Part shown: positions 49,810-58,104 of the stretch, piece by piece
How positions within the stretch are numbered: the stretch's first letter is position 1
Layout of the letters: every line of letters begins with the position of its first letter
Assembly: GCA_965216875.1 (NCBI GenBank)
Contig: OZ244207.1
Span: 960,001-1,024,000 of the forward strand
Source of the DNA: Rubripirellula sp.
Lineage (GTDB): Bacteria; Planctomycetota; Planctomycetia; Pirellulales; Pirellulaceae
Direction of reading: 5' to 3'
Length of the DNA: 64,000 nt
Notes under the pieces: model-generated
The model's input: the letters and a program-made list of their open reading frames with translations, nothing else
Database searches by the model: none
Told to the model about the DNA's origin: nothing
Position numbers and translations under genes: made by a program

Positions 49810-50043
49810 TTAGACGTCGCAGTGCCATATTTCGGGCGAATGGTACTTGCTGAGATCACTGCGCTGAAGGCATCCCCTGGCCGATTCCTCTGATTCAAAC
49901 GGCCCGTCAATGATCATTCTGTGCCGGCCCCTGTTGTGCGCAGTCATCGCGTCGATGTCGGGCGGCTGCCGATCGGAGATGAACCCTTCGCAAATGTAGT
50001 ATTTGCCGGTCTCGGGCTCGATGTCTTTGTATTCCTTTGTCAT
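49810..50043 (-). CDS. Small orphan hypothetical protein
   Basis: 77 aa (MTKEYKDIEP...IIDGPFESEESA), preceded by a conserved hairpin motif. Confidence 0.55.
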   Translation of the reverse strand: MTKEYKDIEPETGKYYICEGFISDRQPPDIDAMTAHNRGRHRMIIDGPFESEESARGCLQRSDLSKYHSPEIWHCDV

Positions 50044-50099
50044 TACAACCCCCATCAACTTGTGCGCGAAGCAGTACGCAGTTTCGTGTATTGAATAGA

Positions 50100-50165
50100 G
50101 AGCCACGCGATCGGAAGTGGGTTGACCGCGTGGCTCCAAAGGCACGAGACCTCTTCAAGAATCGG
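50100..50165 (-). ncRNA. Candidate structured RNA motif, copy 1
   Basis: Minus strand: CTTGAAGAGGTCTCGTGCCTTTG-GAGCCACGCGGTC-AACCCACTTCC-GATCGCGTGGCTC. Homologous to 54128-54189. Confidence 0.5.
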
Positions 50166-50362
50166 TGACGCCGAATGCGTTCATGCCCCGAGTACGCGAT
50201 CAGCGTGCCGATGAATCATTTGTAGAGACGGCGCCAATACGCGGCAACAGTGAACGCCCGTAGTTTTCCGAAGTGCGAACCGAGGTTCGCCGATGCGAAT
50301 TCGCAACACCTGCGATAGTCGGTTTCCGCGTTACTGCACTAGGCGAGTTTGCAATCACATTG

Positions 50363-50941
50363 TCAGAGCAACGGGTCGTAGATAATGACGATGTGTGAAG
50401 AGTCCTCATCGTCGGCTCGAGAAACAACGATGTTGAGGTGGTATGACCTTGTCCGTTGTACAAGGCATTCTAGACGCACCGACCTCAATGACTTTGGGAA
50501 GTCTCCTGATTCGGGTCTCGAGTTGTCGCGTACAAACACCTGTGAGGAGGCGTTTGCACCGCCCAACGCAAGGTGCCCTGATGCCTTCATTTTTGCCAGG
50601 CGTTCTGCAGGATCTGCCACCTTCTTGAATTGCAATCGTTGGACATAGTACTTCACTACATTTTCGAAAGGTTCGGGAGTGGACCAAAGCCCGACTTGAG
50701 GATTGTGTATCTCAATTCCGCGGTCGGACGTTGCGCCTCCTGACGAAACCTTGCTATGTAACTTCGAGTTTGGAAACGCGAATTCCTCCAACAAGGGTGG
50801 TTGTTCGGCGTCTCCTACGATGTGGTTGACCGTCCGATCGATGGCGAGGAGTTCCACGTGGCGTTGTGCGACAAGGCCGGCGCAAAACGCGAGCCCGATC
50901 ACAGAAAATGCGGAAATCGCAACGAGTATGAACTTTCGCAA
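50363..50941 (-). CDS. Hypothetical membrane-anchored/secreted protein
   Basis: TTG start after GAGGG; N-terminal hydrophobic helix. Confidence 0.6.
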   Translation of the reverse strand: MRKFILVAISAFSVIGLAFCAGLVAQRHVELLAIDRTVNHIVGDAEQPPLLEEFAFPNSKLHSKVSSGGATSDRGIEIHNPQVGLWSTPEPFENVVKYYVQRLQFKKVADPAERLAKMKASGHLALGGANASSQVFVRDNSRPESGDFPKSLRSVRLECLVQRTRSYHLNIVVSRADDEDSSHIVIIYDPLL

Positions 50942-51061
50942 TGGTCCCTCGCACTTGTGTCTTTTCCGTTCGCCAATGGCCGGCATCGTGCGCGAGTGCA
51001 TGGAGCGGTACGTCGGCAATCGTAGAGGCCGCTTTGGCGAAATCCATCGTCTCGCTAGTTG

Positions 51062-51409
51062 CTAACGACCTTCGGGGCGCAGCGACTCAAGAAGCTCAAC
51101 AATCTTGTCGTGATTCTTGGAGTGTGTTGAGATCACGACCGACGCGTTCTGTGGATACGGAGCCATCGTTGAGACTGTGCGTCCCGAATCCCAGTCCGGA
51201 ACGGAAACCTGGATCAATCGCATCAATACCGATGGATCGTATTTCCCATCGGAGGTCCATACAGGAAGGTCAGAAACCCGGTAGGTTTTCACAACGGTTG
51301 TTTGGTCTCGCTTGACCTCATCGTCTTCGGCAAACGCACCGTGATGGCCGACGAATACCGTCATGCCGATCACCAGAATTGACGACGCTAGAACACCGAA
51401 CAGTCTCAT
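51062..51409 (-). CDS. Small secreted hypothetical protein
   Basis: Signal peptide, KTYRVSDL motif and AAGGA RBS. Confidence 0.7.
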   Translation of the reverse strand: MRLFGVLASSILVIGMTVFVGHHGAFAEDDEVKRDQTTVVKTYRVSDLPVWTSDGKYDPSVLMRLIQVSVPDWDSGRTVSTMAPYPQNASVVISTHSKNHDKIVELLESLRPEGR

Positions 51410-51586
51410 GATTCAATCCTTGGTTTATGTGCGAGGAATCGATTCAAAGCCAAGGTATCGCATGCCCCCCGCATCACCAATAGTGATCCGGCCGCATGGG
51501 TATTGCGCATTGCGAACCACGATCGGCGTGCGCTTCGATCGCGCAAGGCTCATGCAGAAACGCATCGGGCAGTCTGCCACTTCGGC

Positions 51587-52594
51587 TTAATCGGCCTTCG
51601 CTGCAGCATGCAGTGCCCCAGCCTGCGGATTGATGGCTTTTAGAACGTCGGTCCACTGAGTGCGCTGCTTCTCATGTGGATCAAGAAAGCCATTCTCGTT
51701 GCGAGGCGAGTCACCTCGTTCGGCCTCGTCCCACTGCTGGATATATCCACAGTGATGCCAGCCGATGTAGTAACTGGTCGACATCATGCCACGCAACATT
51801 TCCTCATACATGCCAGCGACCTCTTCCAGAGTCTTCGCACCAGTGCGGAATCCCTTCACTCCCCATTCTTGTTGATTGGGGCTTGCGAGGCCAAAGCAAC
51901 CGTCGCCATTGAAAATCGGTTTGCCCGTTGCCTGATAGATCATGTCGGATAGCTTCTTGTCCTTTTCCCACGGCCCATAGGCTTGCACGCAGACAACATC
52001 AACGTGCTTCTTAATCGAAGGAAGCAGAAAATCGTAGTGCCACATGACCATGTTCTTGTCACCAAGGATCAAGTGATTGGGGTCGTACTTGCGAATGAGT
52101 CCTTCGTGCAGCGCGTACCACTTTTCGGCGATGACCGGCATGAAGGACAGCATGTCGTTTTTCGCGGAGGCGACGTCGGCGGGGTCGGTCCAATCCACTT
52201 GCCGAGCCATCTCTGCCCAGGAGATTCCGTAGGTCGGACTGACCGGGAGGCCCCACACCTTGGCCGCCGCCTTCGCATTTGGGTAACGCTCCTTCAAGTG
52301 ATCCAACCATCGCAACTTGCCAGGCGAGGATTCCCCGAGCTGCAGAATCGCATTGATCCATGGATAGATCATCGTCGTGTCGTTTCGTTCCATCTGCTCT
52401 GCACGACCCATGATCCAGCTGGGGACATCGGTGTAGAGGTAGCCGATTAGGTTGCGTTGATCCTTGTGAAGCTCAGTGACCTGCCTGACGCGTGTTTCCA
52501 CAAAGTCATGGAAGTCGCGTGAAAACACATCAGGCTGCGGCCCGCGACCGCGCCGCTGCTGCCAACCGGCATCGCCAATAAAGTAGCGATGAAT
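51587..52594 (-). pseudogene. 5'-truncated agarase-like (GH-A clan) glycoside hydrolase
   Basis: PDVFS, LIGYLYTD.PSW, IRKYDPNHLILG, YIGWHHCGY and ENGFLD motifs. The frame is closed upstream by TAA near 52598-52600, with no N-terminal half or signal peptide. Confidence 0.6.
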
Positions 52595-52597
52595 GAC

Positions 52598-52717
52598 TTA
52601 CTCATGTTTACCGGATTCGCCGGTGTCGTAGGGCACCGAGAGCGTTGGCCGCTGACCAGGATCATGCATCCTGCCGTGCCAGGGGCCGCCGATAAAGATG
52701 GTTTCTTGATTCGCCAT
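52598..52717 (-). CDS. Very small phage-like ORF, possibly truncated
   Basis: MANQETIFIGGPWHG; the FIGGP motif recalls small phage proteins (recognition only). Confidence 0.35.
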   Translation of the reverse strand: MANQETIFIGGPWHGRMHDPGQRPTLSVPYDTGESGKHE

Positions 52718-52882
52718 GCCCATCATCACAGCGTCCGCAACACAGCAGGAAGTGGGGTGACTGCGAGCGGTTGCGAACCGCTCAAGTCCAAGCACACTTA
52801 GCGAAGGCGGCACTGCCTTGTCGTCTTGCACCCAAAACCGTATGCGATGGTGTTGGGTGCTTTTTTACGCGCCGGCGTCAAC

Positions 52883-52919
52883 AAAAAAGCCACGCGACCG
52901 GGCTGAATGATCACGTGGC
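52883..52919 (-). terminator. Hairpin with U-tract, member of the island hairpin family
   Basis: Minus strand: GCCACGTGATC-ATTCAGCCC-GGTCGCGTGGC-TTTTTT. Confidence 0.6.
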
Positions 52920-53166
52920 CACGGACGGGAGTGTGTTGTGTCCGTGGCCAAAATTGTTTCAAGCTTTTCGGCACGATCAATGAGAAACTATAGCACGGAC
53001 GTGACCTGTATGATCGTGCAATGCGTCCGCAGCATTCATGCCAGCGTTTCGAGGTGGTTCGAAGTGTCTCATTTGACGATGCGTCTATCCGCAAAAGTCG
53101 AATGAGTTTCGATTCGTGACCTATGTTTGAGTGGGCAACTCTCTATCTCGGGCCGAAAAACCTTCC

Positions 53167-53574
53167 ATGAATTCGTTTGCAGTTGAAAGGGCGTATCGTG
53201 AGATCGCCGCCTTTAGTGACGGCATCGATAGGCTTGGGGGGCGAGAGCAGATGATCAAAGCAAGCGATTGCAACCTATTGCTGCGAGTTGCGATTGATGT
53301 CTTTCGGTGGGTCGCACACGCTGACGAATGCCTGCGAAGGGACTTCTACGAAGGTCGCGGGGTCGATGATGACGTCTTGTTTAGTGAAGCCATTGGACAC
53401 CTTTATTGTTCTTGGCTAGTCGTCGCTGATCGCATGGGAGGAGCTATTCTTCGGCACAAACTCAGTCCGCTCAGTAACGAACGCCAGTTCCAAAGCTGCT
53501 ATGCATCAGCCAAGCGATGGGCTGAAACCATGATGGGGAATGAGACCGGTATCACACCGCATACTGACCACTGA
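53167..53574 (+). CDS. Hypothetical protein
   Basis: 135 aa ORF with plausible composition; no motif recognised. Confidence 0.45.
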   Translation: MNSFAVERAYREIAAFSDGIDRLGGREQMIKASDCNLLLRVAIDVFRWVAHADECLRRDFYEGRGVDDDVLFSEAIGHLYCSWLVVADRMGGAILRHKLSPLSNERQFQSCYASAKRWAETMMGNETGITPHTDH

Positions 53575-53607
53575 GCAGTCGATCTGGCATCAACTCGAGT
53601 GAACGCA

Positions 53608-54015
53608 TCACACGACAACGCCCGGTGCCTCTTTCGGGTATCCAGTGAATTCTCTCAGCGACGCTTCGGAGGCCGCTGCGTAGTAGTGATTCCCCAACGG
53701 TGTGAACCAAGTCATAACGTAAACCGTTCCATTACTAAACGCCAAGGAACGCTCCTTGTCCGACGCCCACTTTACAGGCGTGCCTTGCTGGATGAGATAA
53801 GCCGCCCATTGCTCTACCGTCATGCCTGATTCCTTGTGTGGGTCACGCGTGACTACAGCACCGGCTTGGTCTGACGATTCAGTGAATGGCACTGTCTGAA
53901 CGACTACTTCGTCGCCGTTGCCCCTCAACTCGTCCGCCAGCGAGGTGGCATCAAATTCGTATTCAAACGCGGCGCGCGCTCTACCGGAAACCAGGACGAC
54001 CCAGACTTCGTTCAT
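53608..54015 (-). CDS. Orphan hypothetical protein
   Basis: 135 aa ATG ORF with GGGG RBS, preceded by two family hairpins. Confidence 0.6.
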   Translation of the reverse strand: MNEVWVVLVSGRARAAFEYEFDATSLADELRGNGDEVVVQTVPFTESSDQAGAVVTRDPHKESGMTVEQWAAYLIQQGTPVKWASDKERSLAFSNGTVYVMTWFTPLGNHYYAAASEASLREFTGYPKEAPGVVV

Positions 54016-54058
54016 GAACTGCCCCGTTCAAGACCATGATCTGACGTGTTTGAAAATG

Positions 54059-54189
54059 GCCACGTGATCGGGCTGAATGACCACGCAGCTCAGTCAGGCA
54101 CGAAACCAGACGTAGCGTGACAAGAAAAGCCGCACGACCAAGTGGGTGATCGTGCGGCTCCAAGGCGCGAGACCTCTTCGAAGGATCGG
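54059..54189 (-). ncRNA. Candidate structured RNA motif, copy 2, plus a second hairpin
   Basis: Minus strand: CTTCGAAGAGGTCTCGCGCCTTGG-AGCCGCACGATC-ACCCACTT-GGTCGTGCGGCT-TTTC, then GCTGCGTGGTC-ATTCAGCCC-GATCACGTGGC. Confidence 0.5.
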
Positions 54190-54858
54190 ATAGCATCAAC
54201 AGCGGCGTTGCCCCTTCGAACGCTAGCGATGGCGGCCGATGCTCCAATGGTTTCTACGCAGCGCGGTGGAAATCAATCAACGCCGATTTTCCGGGATTTT
54301 CTTCCGAGAGAACGGATTTTCGGAATCGCGAATCGAATGAATGTGCCTGCCCAGGCGCGGGGCATGTGCGCCTGAGCAGGCCCGGATAACTGCCATAGGC
54401 AGTCACCTTCACTCGCTCATCGCGGGGCAAGGCGGCAAGCGAGTGTTCGGTCTCTAACCTAATCGATGCCTTTTGCGGCAGTCCGTCCGACACGTGCGGG
54501 GTGCCGCAGGCGCGAGAATCGGCCGCAACGCTTCAGTTCTTTTCCGAGAAGAGAAACACGCGGGGTGTTTGCGAAGTGGAAAGATGCCGCCCAGGGGTGT
54601 TGAGGTAGGTGTCCCTGGGCGGCAAGAGCCCCGATGGGAAATTGGCAATCCCATCGGAATCAGTGGTCGGTAGATAAGGCCGCCGGGGAAAGTGGCGAAC
54701 ATCCCCGGCGGCCCGCACAACAACACGCTGCACCTCCATTACGTAAAATGCAACGCATCGTCTCTTCTCATCGGCAACACCACGCAAGGCAAATATTAAG
54801 ATCCGCAACGGTCCGCAAGAAAGTTGAACGACCGTCGGCCACCGATGACAATCGCAGC

Positions 54859-54960
54859 ATGACTGTTCGAGATGTTGTGTTCGTTCTGGTTGCGTTGACC
54901 GCAATCTTGCTGACGGCCCTTGCGGCGCGATTCATGTATGGCGTGCTCGGTTTCGGTTAG
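54859..54960 (+). CDS. 33 aa single-TM peptide
   Basis: MTVRDVVFVLVALTAILLTALAARFMYGVLGFG; no clear RBS. Confidence 0.4.
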   Translation: MTVRDVVFVLVALTAILLTALAARFMYGVLGFG

Positions 54961-55014
54961 TTGCACCGGCCGCAAACAGCAACAAAAAGGGTTGCTCACC
55001 AACGGAGGCACACC

Positions 55015-55119
55015 ATGCCAAACCTGAATCGAATCAGCATTGTCATCTTCTTCGCAATACTAGCTGTGTCGCATTACGTCAGTATCCGCGTAGCCAAGGA
55101 CAACACCTGGCAAGAGTAG
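55015..55119 (+). CDS. 34 aa single-TM peptide
   Basis: MPNLNRISIVIFFAILAVSHYVSIRVAKDNTWQE, with GGAGG RBS 6 nt upstream. Confidence 0.55.
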   Translation: MPNLNRISIVIFFAILAVSHYVSIRVAKDNTWQE

Positions 55120-55507
55120 GGTCACCTCAGGTTGTTCGGTAATCGCACGCTATTTTCGGTATTAAGATCCACCTACCTCCTGGGCGGATTCTCAAAATCT
55201 CATCGGAAGTCAAGTGCCACTCGGCCATCGCGATGTTACCCGGGTCAAGCGGGTGTTCGCCCTTCCAGAAGTACCCCCAGCCGTGCAACAAGTGCATCGC
55301 GTTCCCCACCTGGGTTTCCCCGTGCCCCGCAAAGTCAGTTCGCATTGAATCGGTCGTATCGCTCATCCGGGATTGGCCATAAAGGTTTCCGAAAGCTGCG
55401 GTTTTTGTGGATTGACATCCAGCTCGACGTTACTACCGAGCAACGCTTGACTGGCTGCAATGTTTCAACACCACCGTGCAGCGACTCACATAACATCGGG
55501 GCAGAGT

Positions 55508-56818
55508 ATGTTCGGGAAGAAAAAAGACTGTGAAGCACCTTCGAAGGAACGATCAGACGCAGAGCTACTGGTAGACGCGTTTGGTCGTTCGCAAGCCATC
55601 ATCGAGTTCAAACCAAGTGGTGAAATACTCAATGCAAATGGCAACTTCTTGGCAGCTGTCGGGTATTCGCTAAATGAGATTCAAGGGCAGCACCACCGCC
55701 TCTTCATGGATCCGTCCGAGGCTTCCAGTACCGAATACAGTAGGTTTTGGCGCGACCTCGCTGCGGGCACCTTCAAATCGGGCGAATTCAAGCGTGTCAC
55801 AAAAGCAGGCAAGAGGATCTGGATCGCAGCCTCCTACAATCCCGTCATTGACGAATCTGGAAGCGTGACCAAGGTCGTGAAAATTGCTTCGGATATCACA
55901 GCAACGAAGCAACGCTCACTGGATCAGCTCGCAGTTCTTGCTGCCGTTGATCGTTCGCAGGCGAGAATTGAGTTCACTCCGGACGGCCACATACTCACGG
56001 CAAACGATAACTTCCTTGGTGCATTGGGTTACTTACTTGACGAAATCGTCGGAGGGCATCACAGGATGTTCTGTGACCGCGACTATGCGCGTTCGAATGA
56101 ATACGAGCAGTTTTGGCATGACCTTGCCAGCGGCAAGCACTTCGCTGGTAGGTTTCGACGGGTGGACAAGAACGGCAAAGATATCTGGATTCAGGCATCA
56201 TACAATCCGGTCATTGATACCGAAGGCAAAGTATCGAAGGTCGTGAAATTCGCGTCCGACATCACCGAGGAAGTTGCTGCCGAGCAACTGCGTACACGCG
56301 ATGCTGCTCAAGTTGCCGAATCTGTTGCGGTGAGCACTAGCGAAGTGACATCTACAATCCAAGAAATAAGTGCAACCATCAGCCGGACGGCATCTATCGC
56401 ACAGAACTCCGAGGCGGCGTCCAAGAATGCAGTTGAGTCGATTAAGCATCTGGAGACTCGTAGTAAGGACATCGGTAAGGTCGTAGACCTAATTCAAGAC
56501 CTTGCTGAGCAAACTAACCTCTTGGCCCTCAACGCAACGATCGAGGCAGCACGTGCTGGCGATGCGGGGCGTGGATTTGCCGTTGTCGCAACCGAGGTGA
56601 AGGAGCTAGCTCAGAAAACAAGTAACGCGACAGGGAGCATCGAAAAGTCCGTGGCGGACATTTGGGAAGGCGTACGAGAATGCACAAGCATGACTGAGCA
56701 AATCGGCGAGTCTGTTGCTGATGTGCGTGGTCAGACGCAAACCATCGCAGCAGCCATCGAAGAGCAAACCGTCACAATGTCTCACTTGAGCGAGATTGCA
56801 TCGCGTCTGAGGTGCTAG
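55508..56818 (+). CDS. Soluble methyl-accepting chemotaxis protein with two PAS domains (BdlA-like)
   Basis: Two RSQA.IEF...HHR.F...WI.ASYNPV PAS repeats; LAEQTNLLALNATIEAARAGDAGRGFAVVA.EVK signalling hairpin; no TM segment. Confidence 0.94.
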   Translation: MFGKKKDCEAPSKERSDAELLVDAFGRSQAIIEFKPSGEILNANGNFLAAVGYSLNEIQGQHHRLFMDPSEASSTEYSRFWRDLAAGTFKSGEFKRVTKAGKRIWIAASYNPVIDESGSVTKVVKIASDITATKQRSLDQLAVLAAVDRSQARIEFTPDGHILTANDNFLGALGYLLDEIVGGHHRMFCDRDYARSNEYEQFWHDLASGKHFAGRFRRVDKNGKDIWIQASYNPVIDTEGKVSKVVKFASDITEEVAAEQLRTRDAAQVAESVAVSTSEVTSTIQEISATISRTASIAQNSEAASKNAVESIKHLETRSKDIGKVVDLIQDLAEQTNLLALNATIEAARAGDAGRGFAVVATEVKELAQKTSNATGSIEKSVADIWEGVRECTSMTEQIGESVADVRGQTQTIAAAIEEQTVTMSHLSEIASRLRC

Positions 56819-57549
56819 CCAGGCAAAGGCATTGGAGTCCAATCATGCACGCTTGGATTCCGATCACCAGCTGTCCGGAATGTTGCGAGACAGATTCCCG
56901 CGGGAACCTGCAAATCTCAAAGTCAGGGTGTCTCATAATCATCTACCCGCAGGTTGACGACGATCAGAAAACACGCACGGCACCGTGCTGTTGCTAGGGT
57001 CGCCGGATTTCGCTCACAATCCTCCGGCGGCCTTTCTCTCACGCGGCCACGGGTTATGGCGTGGCTTATTCTCCCCGGTCGGGCTCTTCCGCTCAGGAAA
57101 GCGAATCTCGCAGGGGCTTTGGATCGAGGCCTGCTGGTTGCTTTCGAACGGAGTTCGTATGCTCACGACTTCATCCTGAGAATGAACGACGGTCTCGCTG
57201 TGTCAGTGTAGTTCGCTCCGCCGAATGCAACCAATCGCGAGCCCCATTCTGCTCTGAGGGCGCGAGATCCTGTCGTCATTCAGCGGAGCGAACCGCACTA
57301 AAGGTTGGTCACGGGGCGGCACGAGTGAATCGGTGACTTTGGAAATGCCCAAATAGTCTTGGGGATTCGCTAGGTGCAACCAAGACACATGCACCAACTG
57401 ATTGTCTTGTCCCTTGGTTTGCGAATAGTTTCTAAGAAATCTCCGTTTTTTGAGAAACTTCGCAGCAAGTGGCGGACTTGCGTAATGGGCAAACGCGGGA
57501 TCGCGTCAATCCATGCGTCCACATTCATTACCCCTTCCCATTTCCTTAG

Positions 57550-58092
57550 ATGCCAACAGACGACCAAACGCACGGAAACCTGGTCGCGTTGTTGACGAGA
57601 CACCAGGGTGAGCTAATGGCATTCATACTCTCCGCTATTGGTGACTTCACACACGCTAGCGATATTCTGCAGCGGACGAACCTGAGAATCTGGGAGAACG
57701 CGGGCAAGTTTCGAGAGGAAGGCGCTTTCCTTCCATGGGCGTTTACTATTGCCCGTTTCGAGGTTCTTAGTTTCTATCGAGACAGAAGCAGAGAACGGTC
57801 GCGAGTCGCGTTCCATCCAGATGTCGCCGAACTGCTAATGGACACATCAAACGAGACCCTAGACGTGAATCAAGATCGTGAAGAAGCGCTCGGTAGATGT
57901 TTCAAACGGCTGAGCGAGGGGCAAGTCGACATGTTGCGACTTCGCTATTTTGAGGACCGGTCACTGGCGGTTATCGCCGAGGAAACGGGACGGTCGATCC
58001 AAGGAGTTAAGAACATGTTGCTGCGACTTCGGGAAAAACTCCGAGATTGCATTCGGATTCAATTACAGCAAAACGACCTCGATGCCATGTAG
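57550..58092 (+). CDS. ECF sigma-70 factor (Rhodopirellula/Verrucomicrobium type)
   Basis: DILQRTNLRIWE, FLPWAFTIARFEVL and region 4 LRLRYFE..SLAVIAE...GVKNMLLRLREKLRDC. Confidence 0.92.
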   Translation: MPTDDQTHGNLVALLTRHQGELMAFILSAIGDFTHASDILQRTNLRIWENAGKFREEGAFLPWAFTIARFEVLSFYRDRSRERSRVAFHPDVAELLMDTSNETLDVNQDREEALGRCFKRLSEGQVDMLRLRYFEDRSLAVIAEETGRSIQGVKNMLLRLREKLRDCIRIQLQQNDLDAM

Positions 58093-58104
58093 AAGAGCTC
58101 GACG

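Noticed and set aside
57212..57350. attC site or IS end upstream of the ECF gene
   Set aside because: Only one inverted pair (GTTCGCTCCGCCGAATG / CATTCAGCGGAGCGAAC) and a weak half-similarity were seen, with no complete R boxes or transposase.
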